A stretch of DNA of 64,000 nucleotides from a virus. The position numbers were made by a program, and so were the translations under genes. The stretch is taken from IMG/VR virus record IMGVR_UViG_3300037478_000520, positions 49,661-113,660 of that record. One strand, written 5' to 3'. The notes below the pieces were generated by a model. That model saw nothing but the letters and a program-made list of their open reading frames with translations, made no database searches and had not been told where the DNA came from. Of the stretch, positions 55,645-64,000 are shown one piece after another (within the stretch, counting starts at the first letter, position 1; every line of letters begins with the position of its first letter).

Positions 55645-58173
55645 TCACCGGTCACTCCAGTGTTGATCGTTCACATCTTCAGGGTCGTGGTGGTTGTCGA
55701 GGTTGGCGATTCGGATGTAGCTACCTTGCCATGCCAGATTGCGAACTCCTGTCTCACCATCTCGTTGCTTCGCAACATTGATCTCAACGATGCCCTTATT
55801 CTTGCTTTCCTGGCCATAGTAATACTCGTCTCGATATACGAGCATGATAGCATCCGCATCCTGTTCGATGGCTCCGCTGTTATGCACTACCATTCCTGAC
55901 GCCACGAAGTTGTTAGGGCCAGGCACTTGTAGGTCTGCCACACGCACTGGCTTATCCTGCTTGCGCACCTCCAGAACGCAACCCCAGCCGACGCCTGGGG
56001 TTGTCATGTACGGCGAACGCGCAATGGTATCGAGCCCTGGCGTCCACTTCACGATGGCTTCCATGTCGCGCTTGCAGATCAGCTTGTGTGTGCCGTCGGT
56101 GCGACGCTGGAATCGCCGCGCCGTAGACAGTTCCGCCGCAAGGTCGACGAAGATTTGAGGAGCAGGGTCAATCCGCGCAGGGTCGGGTTCGGCCAGAACA
56201 CCAAACCGCCCAGGGGCGTTCACGATGGGTGACATCCTCGCGCTGTCGACGGTGCTCGCACGAACAGTCCACAGTCCATCATGGAGGCTAACCGTCGACC
56301 TCACACCAACTGTAAGCAGAAGCCACGCGACTTGACGTGCCAACAACTCGTTGACCGTTGAGTATTTGGCATCCCCATTCGTGACTGTGCCGTCTGATTC
56401 CCAAAGCCCGCGTAGCAGATCGATGTGTGTCTCGTCGCTGCTCCCAAGGTATGTTGTCGGAACGGACTTGTCGTGCGCCGTCTTGCCTTCCAGCCCCAGC
56501 TCCCTGATCCAGCCCATCAACGGGTTCGGACTGCACCCGGACTCCACACCGTTCGACAAGTACGCGTCTACCACGCACTCGCACTTCTGGTTTTTCCGAG
56601 CCTTCACATCCACGCCGAACGCCGCCACAGCGGCTCTCACGTCTGCATCCAGCTCATCGCGGTAGATCAGCGAAGGCGTTCCCGATAGCCCGCCGTTGCC
56701 AAGAAGCCACCCAAGAAGGCGCGCATGCGGTAACGCGCCACGGTTGGCGTGAGGGATTCGATTGGGTGCTGCCACAACGTCGCGGCCGGGCTGCAAGTGC
56801 CGAGCTTGCTTGTATCCCGTCCCTGTTAGGACGAGATGCCGAGGCGTCACCCGGAAGCGCCCAAACTGGGTCACGACCTCGATCACGCTGTTGTGACGCT
56901 TCGGAACGTAGGAGCATGGATTTTCGGTCACCCCCGAGGCCGTCGAAGAGATCACGCTCGACGGGCGCGATCCAAGTTGAACGGGTCCGCCCGCGGTGTA
57001 GACCCATTCATCGATCGGCAGACATTCCCTCATATCAGAGATCATCGGGCGTTTGTCTGCGCGCGACTCGACAGCTCTATTGAGTTGCGACAAACACAGG
57101 ACCGGTACATCACACTCATGCGCTAGCGCCATGAGCGACCTCGAGAAGTAGGATACCTCTTGCTCGCGAACTTGGAATTTGCGACTGCTCCCAAGCAACT
57201 GCAAATAGTCGACCAGTACGACGCCGAGTTTTCCGCCGTTCTTTCTGCGAAGCCTCTTCGCGTTCCTGACCACCGACTCAACGTGCTCACCAGGTCGATC
57301 CGCAAAGTACAGCGGCAACTTGGAAATGTCGTTCGCTGACTCGCTTAGCCGGCTCCACTCCTCATTGGTGAATTTTGCCGTCTTGACCTTGTTGAAGAGT
57401 ACGTTGGCCTCTGACGCCATCATGCGGTGTCCCCATTGCCGACGACTCATCTCGAGACTGACGACAAACCCAGGAAGGCGCGATTTTTTGACAATACCAA
57501 GTGTCAGATCCTTCGCAATCGTGCTCTTCCCGCTCCCGGGGCGTCCGGCGATCACGTAGATTTTCCCAGGCTCAAACCCTGAAAGCGTTTCGTCTATATC
57601 TGGGAACCCCGACATGTGCCCAGCTAGACCGCCGCCACGGTCAGCGTGGGCAACAATCCCCTGGAAAGCTTCTGCGATAACCTCTGAGCACGTGTACACG
57701 TCTCCGTGATTGCCTTGGTTTGCCTCCAGAGATTCGCCTAACAAACTCTCCGTGTGTCCGAGAAAGTCGTCCAACGATCCGTAGTCGCCATACCCAAGTG
57801 AGGCGGTTTTATGGCAGGCCGAAATAACGCTACGGACGATCGACTTCTCGCGCACGATCTTGGCATGAGACAAGATGTTAGAGATGATAGGAATGGTGCT
57901 CGTAAGCTCTAACAGGTAATCGTCACCACCAACGGCAGTAAGATAGCTTTTTGTTATCAACCTTTCACGCAGCGTCACCGCATCGACCGGAGAATTTACC
58001 GATCGCAACTCCAACATGCACTCGAAGATCTTTGAGTGCGCATCGCTGTAGAAGTCGCTAGCCACGACCGGCACATCATCGATTTCGTCGAAAGCCTCAC
58101 TCTCGAGAAGAAGCCCGCCGAGCACAGATCGCTCGGCTGACAGGTCGTGCGGTGGCTGGCGACTGACGGTCAT
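55645..58173 (-). CDS. dnaB: Replicative DNA helicase with intein
   Basis: PPHDL.AE.SVLG, AGRPGSGKST, SLEM, VDYLQL, LSQLNR, SDMRE/SGAIEQDAD, KQRDGETG. Confidence 0.96.
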   Translation of the reverse strand: MTVSRQPPHDLSAERSVLGGLLLESEAFDEIDDVPVVASDFYSDAHSKIFECMLELRSVNSPVDAVTLRERLITKSYLTAVGGDDYLLELTSTIPIISNILSHAKIVREKSIVRSVISACHKTASLGYGDYGSLDDFLGHTESLLGESLEANQGNHGDVYTCSEVIAEAFQGIVAHADRGGGLAGHMSGFPDIDETLSGFEPGKIYVIAGRPGSGKSTIAKDLTLGIVKKSRLPGFVVSLEMSRRQWGHRMMASEANVLFNKVKTAKFTNEEWSRLSESANDISKLPLYFADRPGEHVESVVRNAKRLRRKNGGKLGVVLVDYLQLLGSSRKFQVREQEVSYFSRSLMALAHECDVPVLCLSQLNRAVESRADKRPMISDMRECLPIDEWVYTAGGPVQLGSRPSSVISSTASGVTENPCSYVPKRHNSVIEVVTQFGRFRVTPRHLVLTGTGYKQARHLQPGRDVVAAPNRIPHANRGALPHARLLGWLLGNGGLSGTPSLIYRDELDADVRAAVAAFGVDVKARKNQKCECVVDAYLSNGVESGCSPNPLMGWIRELGLEGKTAHDKSVPTTYLGSSDETHIDLLRGLWESDGTVTNGDAKYSTVNELLARQVAWLLLTVGVRSTVSLHDGLWTVRASTVDSARMSPIVNAPGRFGVLAEPDPARIDPAPQIFVDLAAELSTARRFQRRTDGTHKLICKRDMEAIVKWTPGLDTIARSPYMTTPGVGWGCVLEVRKQDKPVRVADLQVPGPNNFVASGMVVHNSGAIEQDADAIMLVYRDEYYYGQESKNKGIVEINVAKQRDGETGVRNLAWQGSYIRIANLDNHHDPEDVNDQHWSDR
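55879..57024 (-). mobile_element. Intein (382 aa) with LAGLIDADG homing endonuclease
   Basis: Starts CLPIDEWV, block B T.RH, LLGWLLGNG and LLRGLWESDG, ends NFVASGMVVHN followed by Ser. Confidence 0.93.
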
Positions 58174-59390
58174 GGTTTGGCGTCCCCTGCCTGGGGTTCG
58201 GCGTCTTTTGCCTTCCGCGCTAGTTCGGCAGCCTGCTCCAGCAGGCGTCCCATCCGCCCTCCCGCGACAGGCCAGGGCCGCTGCGGCCCGTGCTGCGGCA
58301 AGGCCACCTCCTCAGCCTCGGCTGATCGGGGCCGCGGAGCCCAGCTTCCGGCGGCCCCGGGAGGCGGTCCGCTCATTCGGCGCGAGGATGCCCCAGGAGG
58401 CCCGCCGTTGGCCGATGGGTAGGTCACCCCGTCTGTGGGCACTCCGAGGCATCTGAGCCAGTGCTGGAGGCCCTGGCGCCGCATGAAATCGGGTCGGTCT
58501 CCCAGCAGGACGCGGATCTGGACCTTGAGGTCCTCGGGACCGTCGCATTTCGCCGCCAGGGCACGCAGGTCCGCCCGGTGCACGCCCGACCAGTTCAGCC
58601 GGCAGGTCGGCAGGTCGCGCTTGCGGCCGGTCCCCTCGGCGTAGGCCGTCGCCAGGGCTTCCCACGCGGCGTCTGGGTCCGGACCGGGCGAAGCTTGCTC
58701 GGGGGATCCCTGGTCGGCCGGGGCCAGGGCATGCGCCGCCTGGGACGCTGACAGATCTGCAGGGATCTCTAATTCATGTTGGGTCGGGTCGGGCCGGGCT
58801 GGGTCGGGGGGGACACTCGCACGTGCGTGCGTAGCCTGTGCGTATCCAGCTACGCACGAACATGCGTATCCAGACTCATAGCGCCTGTCACCTTTCCTTG
58901 AGTTGCAAGAAACGCATGCAATAACGCAGTTCTTTAGAGATGTTCCGCCGCCCTTGCGCCTCGGGACAACGTGGTCAACCGTGCCTGTCCGTTCGGTAAG
59001 TTTCTCTCCGCAATAGTGGCAAGACCCGCCGCACTTCTCGATGAGTTTGAGCTTGAAACCATCTCGTGATTCGGATGTATTTGCGCGTTTGTACTCGCGA
59101 TTGGCTCTGATTTGGGCCTTCGTTGGGTTGTAATCCGCCCAATCGATGAAGAAGTAGCTGTCGCCTTCTTCGTGCCAAAGGCCAGCCGTGACGAGTTCTT
59201 TTGCGGTCTTCGGCGTGAACCCAAACAATCTGACGCACGCGTGGGGAACACGGCCGTCCAGAAGATGTCGACTGCTATACGCGCCAGCGCAAAGCCAAAG
59301 CCCAAGCGCTTGACGTCCAGCAGCGGTCTTCCTCAGCGCCGTTACCTTCGGGTGGTCATAAAACCCATCGTCGACCTTGAACCACGGCAT
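58170..59390 (-). CDS. Phage replication initiator with an internal HNH domain
   Basis: MPWFKVDD.FYDHPKV...GLW..AG.YS...DG, LV.AGLW, DW.DYNP; then CHYC..TVDHVVP...GG....N...AC..CN..KG. Lies directly upstream of dnaB. Confidence 0.75.
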   Translation of the reverse strand: MPWFKVDDGFYDHPKVTALRKTAAGRQALGLWLCAGAYSSRHLLDGRVPHACVRLFGFTPKTAKELVTAGLWHEEGDSYFFIDWADYNPTKAQIRANREYKRANTSESRDGFKLKLIEKCGGSCHYCGEKLTERTGTVDHVVPRRKGGGTSLKNCVIACVSCNSRKGDRRYESGYACSCVAGYAQATHARASVPPDPARPDPTQHELEIPADLSASQAAHALAPADQGSPEQASPGPDPDAAWEALATAYAEGTGRKRDLPTCRLNWSGVHRADLRALAAKCDGPEDLKVQIRVLLGDRPDFMRRQGLQHWLRCLGVPTDGVTYPSANGGPPGASSRRMSGPPPGAAGSWAPRPRSAEAEEVALPQHGPQRPWPVAGGRMGRLLEQAAELARKAKDAEPQAGDAKP

Positions 59391-59586
59391 CAACCGACCC
59401 TCCTGTCCGCCCCATGCAGCGAGCACGGCCGCCCAAACCGCCGCTCGTGCTCACACCCTCGGCATGGCTCCCCGGGGGCCATGGGAGCCACATTCGTCCA
59501 CGCAACGCGCTTGTCGAACTCCACGCTGGCGGTGCGCGCGACCCCGGCGTCGTGCGCGGTTTCGAGGCGTGCCTGTGCGCTACTGC

Positions 59587-60510
59587 TCATCGACGCTCCT
59601 CAGGCTTGAGCCAGGCGAGATAGATGCCTGCCAACTTGGCGTGGTCGTCCACCCACCCAAGCCCCGCGAGTTGGTCGACTGAAACCCATCCCACGCCGTC
59701 CAGATCGTCCGCGCCCTTTGCGGAGCCGTGCGCGTAACGGCAATGGAACAACGACGTTCGCCACACGCCACCGCCCTGGCGATCGCGCCATGTCTTGATC
59801 GCGCCAGACCAAACGTGCGTCCAATGCCCGGCCTCCACGCCCGTCTCTTCCGCTAACTCCCGCTTGGCGGCCGCTAAGTCGGTATCGTCGCCCGGGTCAA
59901 CGTGTCCGCCTGGGAACCGGTGCGCCCCACCCTCGGAGGCTCTACGGCCCACCAACACCTCGACCTTCTTGTCGTAGAATCCGCGACGTGAGCAGATGAC
60001 GTCCACGCAGGGATAGATCGGCGTGTAGCGGTTGTACGCAGCGTAGATCAGGCCCCTGCGAAAGCTCGCGTGGTTCTCAACCTTCGAACCATCAATGTCC
60101 CGGAGATCGGTTCCGGATAGTTTGGATACCGGATCAATCTCCACGGTTGGGTGTTTGCCAAGATATCGCCCACGGAACGAATCGCGCCCGCCGTACAGAG
60201 TGACCGTGTCCCTTGGGTAGAGCGCTGAAATCGCCGTGTCGAGCGACGATGACCACCCGGTGTCCGTGTACTGGTCAACCATTGGGAACACCTGCGCGCG
60301 CTGGCATGCTTCTTTGATCATCTGCTCGCGCGTCGGATAGTCGAGCGGGTCGGACTTGGTGTTCAACTGCGCTGGCTGGACTCCGACGAAAACGCACAAC
60401 TTGGAGTGCTTGTCGGCTTCTGCAAGCACCGCGAGGTGCCCTTCGTGCAGGTCAGCAACCTGGAAGCGGCCCACAACAACGCCGACGCCTTTGCGTGGAG
60501 GCTGCATCAT
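59587..60510 (-). CDS. nadM: Bifunctional NMN adenylyltransferase / Nudix hydrolase
   Basis: GRFQ...H.GH, PL....R..M, SGT..R; Nudix box FPGG.VD......AAKREL.EETG. Confidence 0.88.
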   Translation of the reverse strand: MMQPPRKGVGVVVGRFQVADLHEGHLAVLAEADKHSKLCVFVGVQPAQLNTKSDPLDYPTREQMIKEACQRAQVFPMVDQYTDTGWSSSLDTAISALYPRDTVTLYGGRDSFRGRYLGKHPTVEIDPVSKLSGTDLRDIDGSKVENHASFRRGLIYAAYNRYTPIYPCVDVICSRRGFYDKKVEVLVGRRASEGGAHRFPGGHVDPGDDTDLAAAKRELAEETGVEAGHWTHVWSGAIKTWRDRQGGGVWRTSLFHCRYAHGSAKGADDLDGVGWVSVDQLAGLGWVDDHAKLAGIYLAWLKPEERR

Positions 60511-61898
60511 AGTGCCGCCCGATCCCTAATCTCGTCGAACGTGTGTCGTACCTTGATCTCGCCGTCGCGGAAGACTTCGACGAGTTGATCGGGCTCGTCT
60601 TTCCACTCCAAACCGTCCTGTCTAGTAGTGACGTACTCGCCGCCTTCGTTTCTCACCAGCTTCAATCGACCTCGCTTGCTAGCCTTGGACGGCATGCCGG
60701 TAGGATCCTTGTAGACGTCTCGCGTGAACCAACTGCCTTTGACGTGCGAGCATTTGAATGCGAATGAGAGCGTGTCACGGTCCAACTTCTGGAGAAGTCC
60801 TCCACCGGAGCCGAAGGCGACGTTGTCGGTCGACCAGCCGTCTTCGTTGATCACTCTTAGGACTGACCTGAGCATGGGCAAATCAATGCCATCCCCCTGG
60901 ATCACGCGGACCTGAGGCGGTAGCACCATGTAGCCATGGGAGTTTCTGGTATAGCCGAACGCCCTCCCGAGCTCGCGAAGGACCATCAGAACGCTGTCAC
61001 GCGGGTCGCCGCTGTCCGGACGAACAACAAGCGTACCTTCGCGTTTGAGGACGAGATCTCGCAGCTCCCCACCCCAGTATTCCCGGCAGGCTCGGACGAT
61101 GTCGTAAGAGTCGCTGACGCATGCAACGATTCCGGTTGGGTACGTCTCCAGTAGATTGCGGAATGCGTCGACCTCTGCCGCTTTGCCCCAACTCGTGATC
61201 GTACTGTGCTCCGTCGCAGGAATTGAGAACCCTGGCATACCCGCGTCGTAGTACTTCCGCGCGAGTTGCACCCCCGCGAACGTGTCCGTGCCAGCGAAGT
61301 TGACCAAGTGCGCAGCACCCCCGATTGCGGCTTGTTCGAAGCACGAAACACCGCGAAAACCGAAGTCGTGGAGCTTGAATGGCAGCCCGGAAGGGTCGCC
61401 AGTGCGCGATAGCGAATCAGCTATTACGCGCTTCATTTCTCGGGATTGCGTCGCGACGGTGCACGGATACCAGACTTGCACGAGGTAAGTCTCAAGCCAG
61501 TTGGTCAGCCAGTAACACTCCCGGTCGGTGTTCTCGATCGTCATGAGCACGTTACGTGTCGGCACGACCGTTCCCTCAGGAACCGCGCGGATCACGACGG
61601 GCAGGTGCCCACCATGCTCGTTGGCGATGCGCATCCAACCCGCGGCATTGAAGTGGTCGGCGCCAAAATGCTCACCCCATAGAGCCGCCGCTTGTTCGAC
61701 CATGACGGGCGTGACAACACACCCTTGAAGTCGATCGAGCATGTACTGAAGCCCAAAGAACACCACTTCATCAGCCCACCCATCCGGGCGCGCCCGCGCC
61801 TCCATGTACGAGTAGACATTGGTAGTGCCACGCGGATACTGCAGGGCGTGCGTGACCTTGTAACTGTCGGTGGCTAGCGCAATGTTGAAATCGAGCAC
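60507..61898 (-). CDS. nadV: Nicotinamide phosphoribosyltransferase
   Basis: TDSYKVTH..QYP, FFGLQ, LHDFGFRG, HLVNF.GTDT, PATEHS, VSDSYD, VRPDSGDP, IQGDG, FGSGGGLLQ. Confidence 0.96.
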   Translation of the reverse strand: MLDFNIALATDSYKVTHALQYPRGTTNVYSYMEARARPDGWADEVVFFGLQYMLDRLQGCVVTPVMVEQAAALWGEHFGADHFNAAGWMRIANEHGGHLPVVIRAVPEGTVVPTRNVLMTIENTDRECYWLTNWLETYLVQVWYPCTVATQSREMKRVIADSLSRTGDPSGLPFKLHDFGFRGVSCFEQAAIGGAAHLVNFAGTDTFAGVQLARKYYDAGMPGFSIPATEHSTITSWGKAAEVDAFRNLLETYPTGIVACVSDSYDIVRACREYWGGELRDLVLKREGTLVVRPDSGDPRDSVLMVLRELGRAFGYTRNSHGYMVLPPQVRVIQGDGIDLPMLRSVLRVINEDGWSTDNVAFGSGGGLLQKLDRDTLSFAFKCSHVKGSWFTRDVYKDPTGMPSKASKRGRLKLVRNEGGEYVTTRQDGLEWKDEPDQLVEVFRDGEIKVRHTFDEIRDRAAL

Positions 61899-62164
61899 GT
61901 CATCTCCCTTCGCTATTTATTTAGTGACCTTCGGCGTCTCCACGGACCTTGGCAATCAAGTCCATCACCTTCGCTTGCACGGTAGCGTAGTTGCCCTCCG
62001 CAGCGGCTAGCCGGTTCTCCAGCGAGATCACTTGCTGACGAAGAACGCTAACGTTGTTCCCGTCGCGCACATATCGATCCGCGTCTTGCTCCGTTACCGG
62101 TACCGATAGCAGCGTCGTGCGCGCCCCATCTGGCGTAATGATCGAGATCTCCATGTAGTGTCCA

Positions 62165-62665
62165 TCATTCACTTCGCCATCCTCCACTCAGCATGTTTCT
62201 GAGACCCTTCCACTGGCTACGCTCCACCGGAGTCTCCTCACAGTGTTGGAGCAACGACCTCGGGGCGACCGTCCGCAATTTTCGCAGCGAATGTCCCTCA
62301 ATTTGCCGAATGCGCTCGCGCGTCACGTTCGCGATTTTTCCGATCTCGTTCAACGAGTGTTCGCCACGGTCCGCAACGTCCAGCGCGCAAGTCTCCGAGA
62401 GTTCGTCGACATCCTTGCCGGGGAAGGCGAACCGGATCGTCGGAGGATTGGTCGGAGCTACGTCTAAGTAGAGGTGGTGACGGCAAGATACGAATGCGCA
62501 AGGGCGCGGCCCGTTGATGCATTCCCCCCGTGTCTTCGGGCGCCGCACGTCATCCGGATAGGGTACATGCTCTTTATCGAGCATCGCCGCCGACTCGCGT
62601 TGTGTCTCAAGCCGTGGCCGACCATCGACTGGGTTCGTGAAGCCTTGTCGAAAATCAACACTCAT
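62165..62665 (-). CDS. Sigma-70 region 4 domain protein
   Basis: RPKTR.EC..G.RPC..V.C.HHL and SL.EIG...NVTRERIRQIE..SL.KL. Confidence 0.85.
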   Translation of the reverse strand: MSVDFRQGFTNPVDGRPRLETQRESAAMLDKEHVPYPDDVRRPKTRGECINGPRPCAFVSCRHHLYLDVAPTNPPTIRFAFPGKDVDELSETCALDVADRGEHSLNEIGKIANVTRERIRQIEGHSLRKLRTVAPRSLLQHCEETPVERSQWKGLRNMLSGGWRSE

Positions 62666-63630
62666 GGGCTTTGGCCGATCCCTCCTGGGAACTCCCGCGG
62701 CCAATCGCCTTCAGGCCAGTGCTTGGGGTCGCCGCCCTTTCGGTCGCGGTCGTTCGCGATCTGCTTCACGAAGCAGGCAACGCCAGCCTCTTGGCATTGA
62801 CTAACAATTGATGATGCCCACTCGGTCTCCATGGGTCTCGGGTTGCGGCCCGACTCGGAGCCGACGATGACCCAGTGCAACAGCGATCGCGTCTGAACGC
62901 GCCCGCCAGCGCCACCGCCTAACTTATGCCAATCGGGCAGGCGAAGGTCCACGGGACCGAGCAGTGGCTCGGCTGAGACAAAACGAATCGCCGCCGGGCA
63001 CTCAAGCAGGATCGGGATGCGCTCGTCTGCGGTCTCTTGGTTCTCGGCGCTCACGCCCAGGTGCACGTTGGGCAGCGGCCAAGCCTGCGTCATGGCGTTG
63101 ACGTAGTTCTTGGCCCCAAGCAGATCATGCCCGGCTAGCATGACACACGCAGAGGACGTCACGTCGTTGACGCCTGGGGATGCCCCAACCAGCCCAGGAA
63201 GCAGGGCGCCTTGCGCCGCGATCCATTCGAAGAACTCCACCATGCGCGCGGGTCTTTTCGTCAGGACTTGGAAGATGTGCTGCGGGCACGCGGCCATCAC
63301 ACCGAACACCGCCGCGATGTACTCGAACGGCACGTCCTCGTGGAACAGGTCACTCATCGAGTTGACAAAGATCCGCCGCGGCTTCCGCCACTTCAACGGC
63401 TTGTCCAGCGCTTCCGGGACCAGTCGGACCTCGCCTGTCCAGCGCCGACCGGCCTTGCCCAGCACCGTCAGCCCGCGGTAGCGCTCCACGCCCATATGTT
63501 CGAGGCGATAGGCCATCTGCTCTGCGTAGCAACGCTCGCAGCCAGCGCTGACACGGGCGCAGCCGATAATAGGGTTCCACGTCTCTCCGCTTGAACCGTC
63601 GTTCCCTCGTGTCCACTCGATATTGCTCAT
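62662..63630 (-). CDS. DUF5131 / phage Gp37Gp68 family radical-SAM-like protein
   Basis: IEWT...TWNP..GC..VS.GC..CYA, FVNSMSDLFHE, LTKRP, S.EPLLG, WVIVG.ESG. Confidence 0.9.
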   Translation of the reverse strand: MSNIEWTRGNDGSSGETWNPIIGCARVSAGCERCYAEQMAYRLEHMGVERYRGLTVLGKAGRRWTGEVRLVPEALDKPLKWRKPRRIFVNSMSDLFHEDVPFEYIAAVFGVMAACPQHIFQVLTKRPARMVEFFEWIAAQGALLPGLVGASPGVNDVTSSACVMLAGHDLLGAKNYVNAMTQAWPLPNVHLGVSAENQETADERIPILLECPAAIRFVSAEPLLGPVDLRLPDWHKLGGGAGGRVQTRSLLHWVIVGSESGRNPRPMETEWASSIVSQCQEAGVACFVKQIANDRDRKGGDPKHWPEGDWPREFPGGIGQSP

Positions 63631-64000
63631 AACTTCTCCATGGCCCAGCCGAGCACGCCAGGCGCGACGGGCACGACGATCCCGAGCCCGTGTTCGTAGG
63701 CGTCGCGAATGCCCACCGTGTACTGCTCGGCAGGTGCGTCGACCCATCCTTTGAGCGCCGCGTAGCGGTGCACTAAGGCGTCCCAGGCGTTCCTGGCGTT
63801 CCAGGCGTTCCTGGCGTTCAAGGCGGCCCAGGCGTCCCAGGCGTCCCTGGCGTTCAAGGCGGCCCAGGCGTCCCTGGCGTCCCAGGCGTCCCAGACGTAC
63901 CAGGCGGCCCTTGGGGTGCAGTCGGACGACGGGTACTCTTGCAGCTCCCAGTCAATCAATCCTCGTGCGTCCAGCGCGGCGCGCAACCCGGCGATCACAG
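63627..64000 (-). CDS. Hypothetical protein with AW(D/N)/AR(D/N) tripeptide repeats, 5' end outside the window
   Basis: 9-nt repeats (CCAGGCGTC-like) at about 63775-63910; ATGA-coupled to the DUF5131 gene. Confidence 0.6.
   Translation of the reverse strand, partial: VIAGLRAALDARGLIDWELQEYPSSDCTPRAAWYVWDAWDARDAWAALNARDAWDAWAALNARNAWNARNAWDALVHRYAALKGWVDAPAEQYTVGIRDAYEHGLGIVVPVAPGVLGWAMEKL

Noticed and set aside
1-64000. Integrase/att sites, tRNAs, cas1/cas2, reverse transcriptase (DGR/retron)
   Set aside because: None was recognised by eye; they could lie outside the window, and tRNA scanning was not possible.

Overview
The window is about 64 kb of a high-GC tailed phage genome with a contractile (Mu/P2-like) tail. 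No integrase or host flank is visible. A myxobacterial host is suggested only by inference (vWA lipoprotein style, DnaB N-terminus). Layout: (i) 1-28.1 kb, minus strand: terminase, portal, ClpP-type protease, capsid, neck, sheath, tube, tape measure, baseplate and fibres. (ii) 28.6-44.9 kb, plus strand: an early region of small, translationally coupled genes driven by a repeated sigma70-type promoter/operator. It ends in a ~699-aa type V-U1 (Cas12m-like) effector and a 13-repeat CRISPR array. (iii) 44.9-64 kb, minus strand: peptidase/lysis-like genes, RuvC resolvase, a dual-frame C5 DNA methyltransferase, intein-containing DnaB, replication initiator and a NadV + NadM-Nudix NAD+ salvage pair. 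The main highlight is a phage-borne mini CRISPR system with no cas1/cas2 in the window. Its effector has an atypical RuvC triad (D-N-D). A second, orphan 9-repeat array with the same repeat and leader sits about 34 kb away inside the baseplate module. One spacer matches this genome 36/37, and two spacers encode Walker A motifs of SF3 primase/helicases typical of competing phages and satellites.
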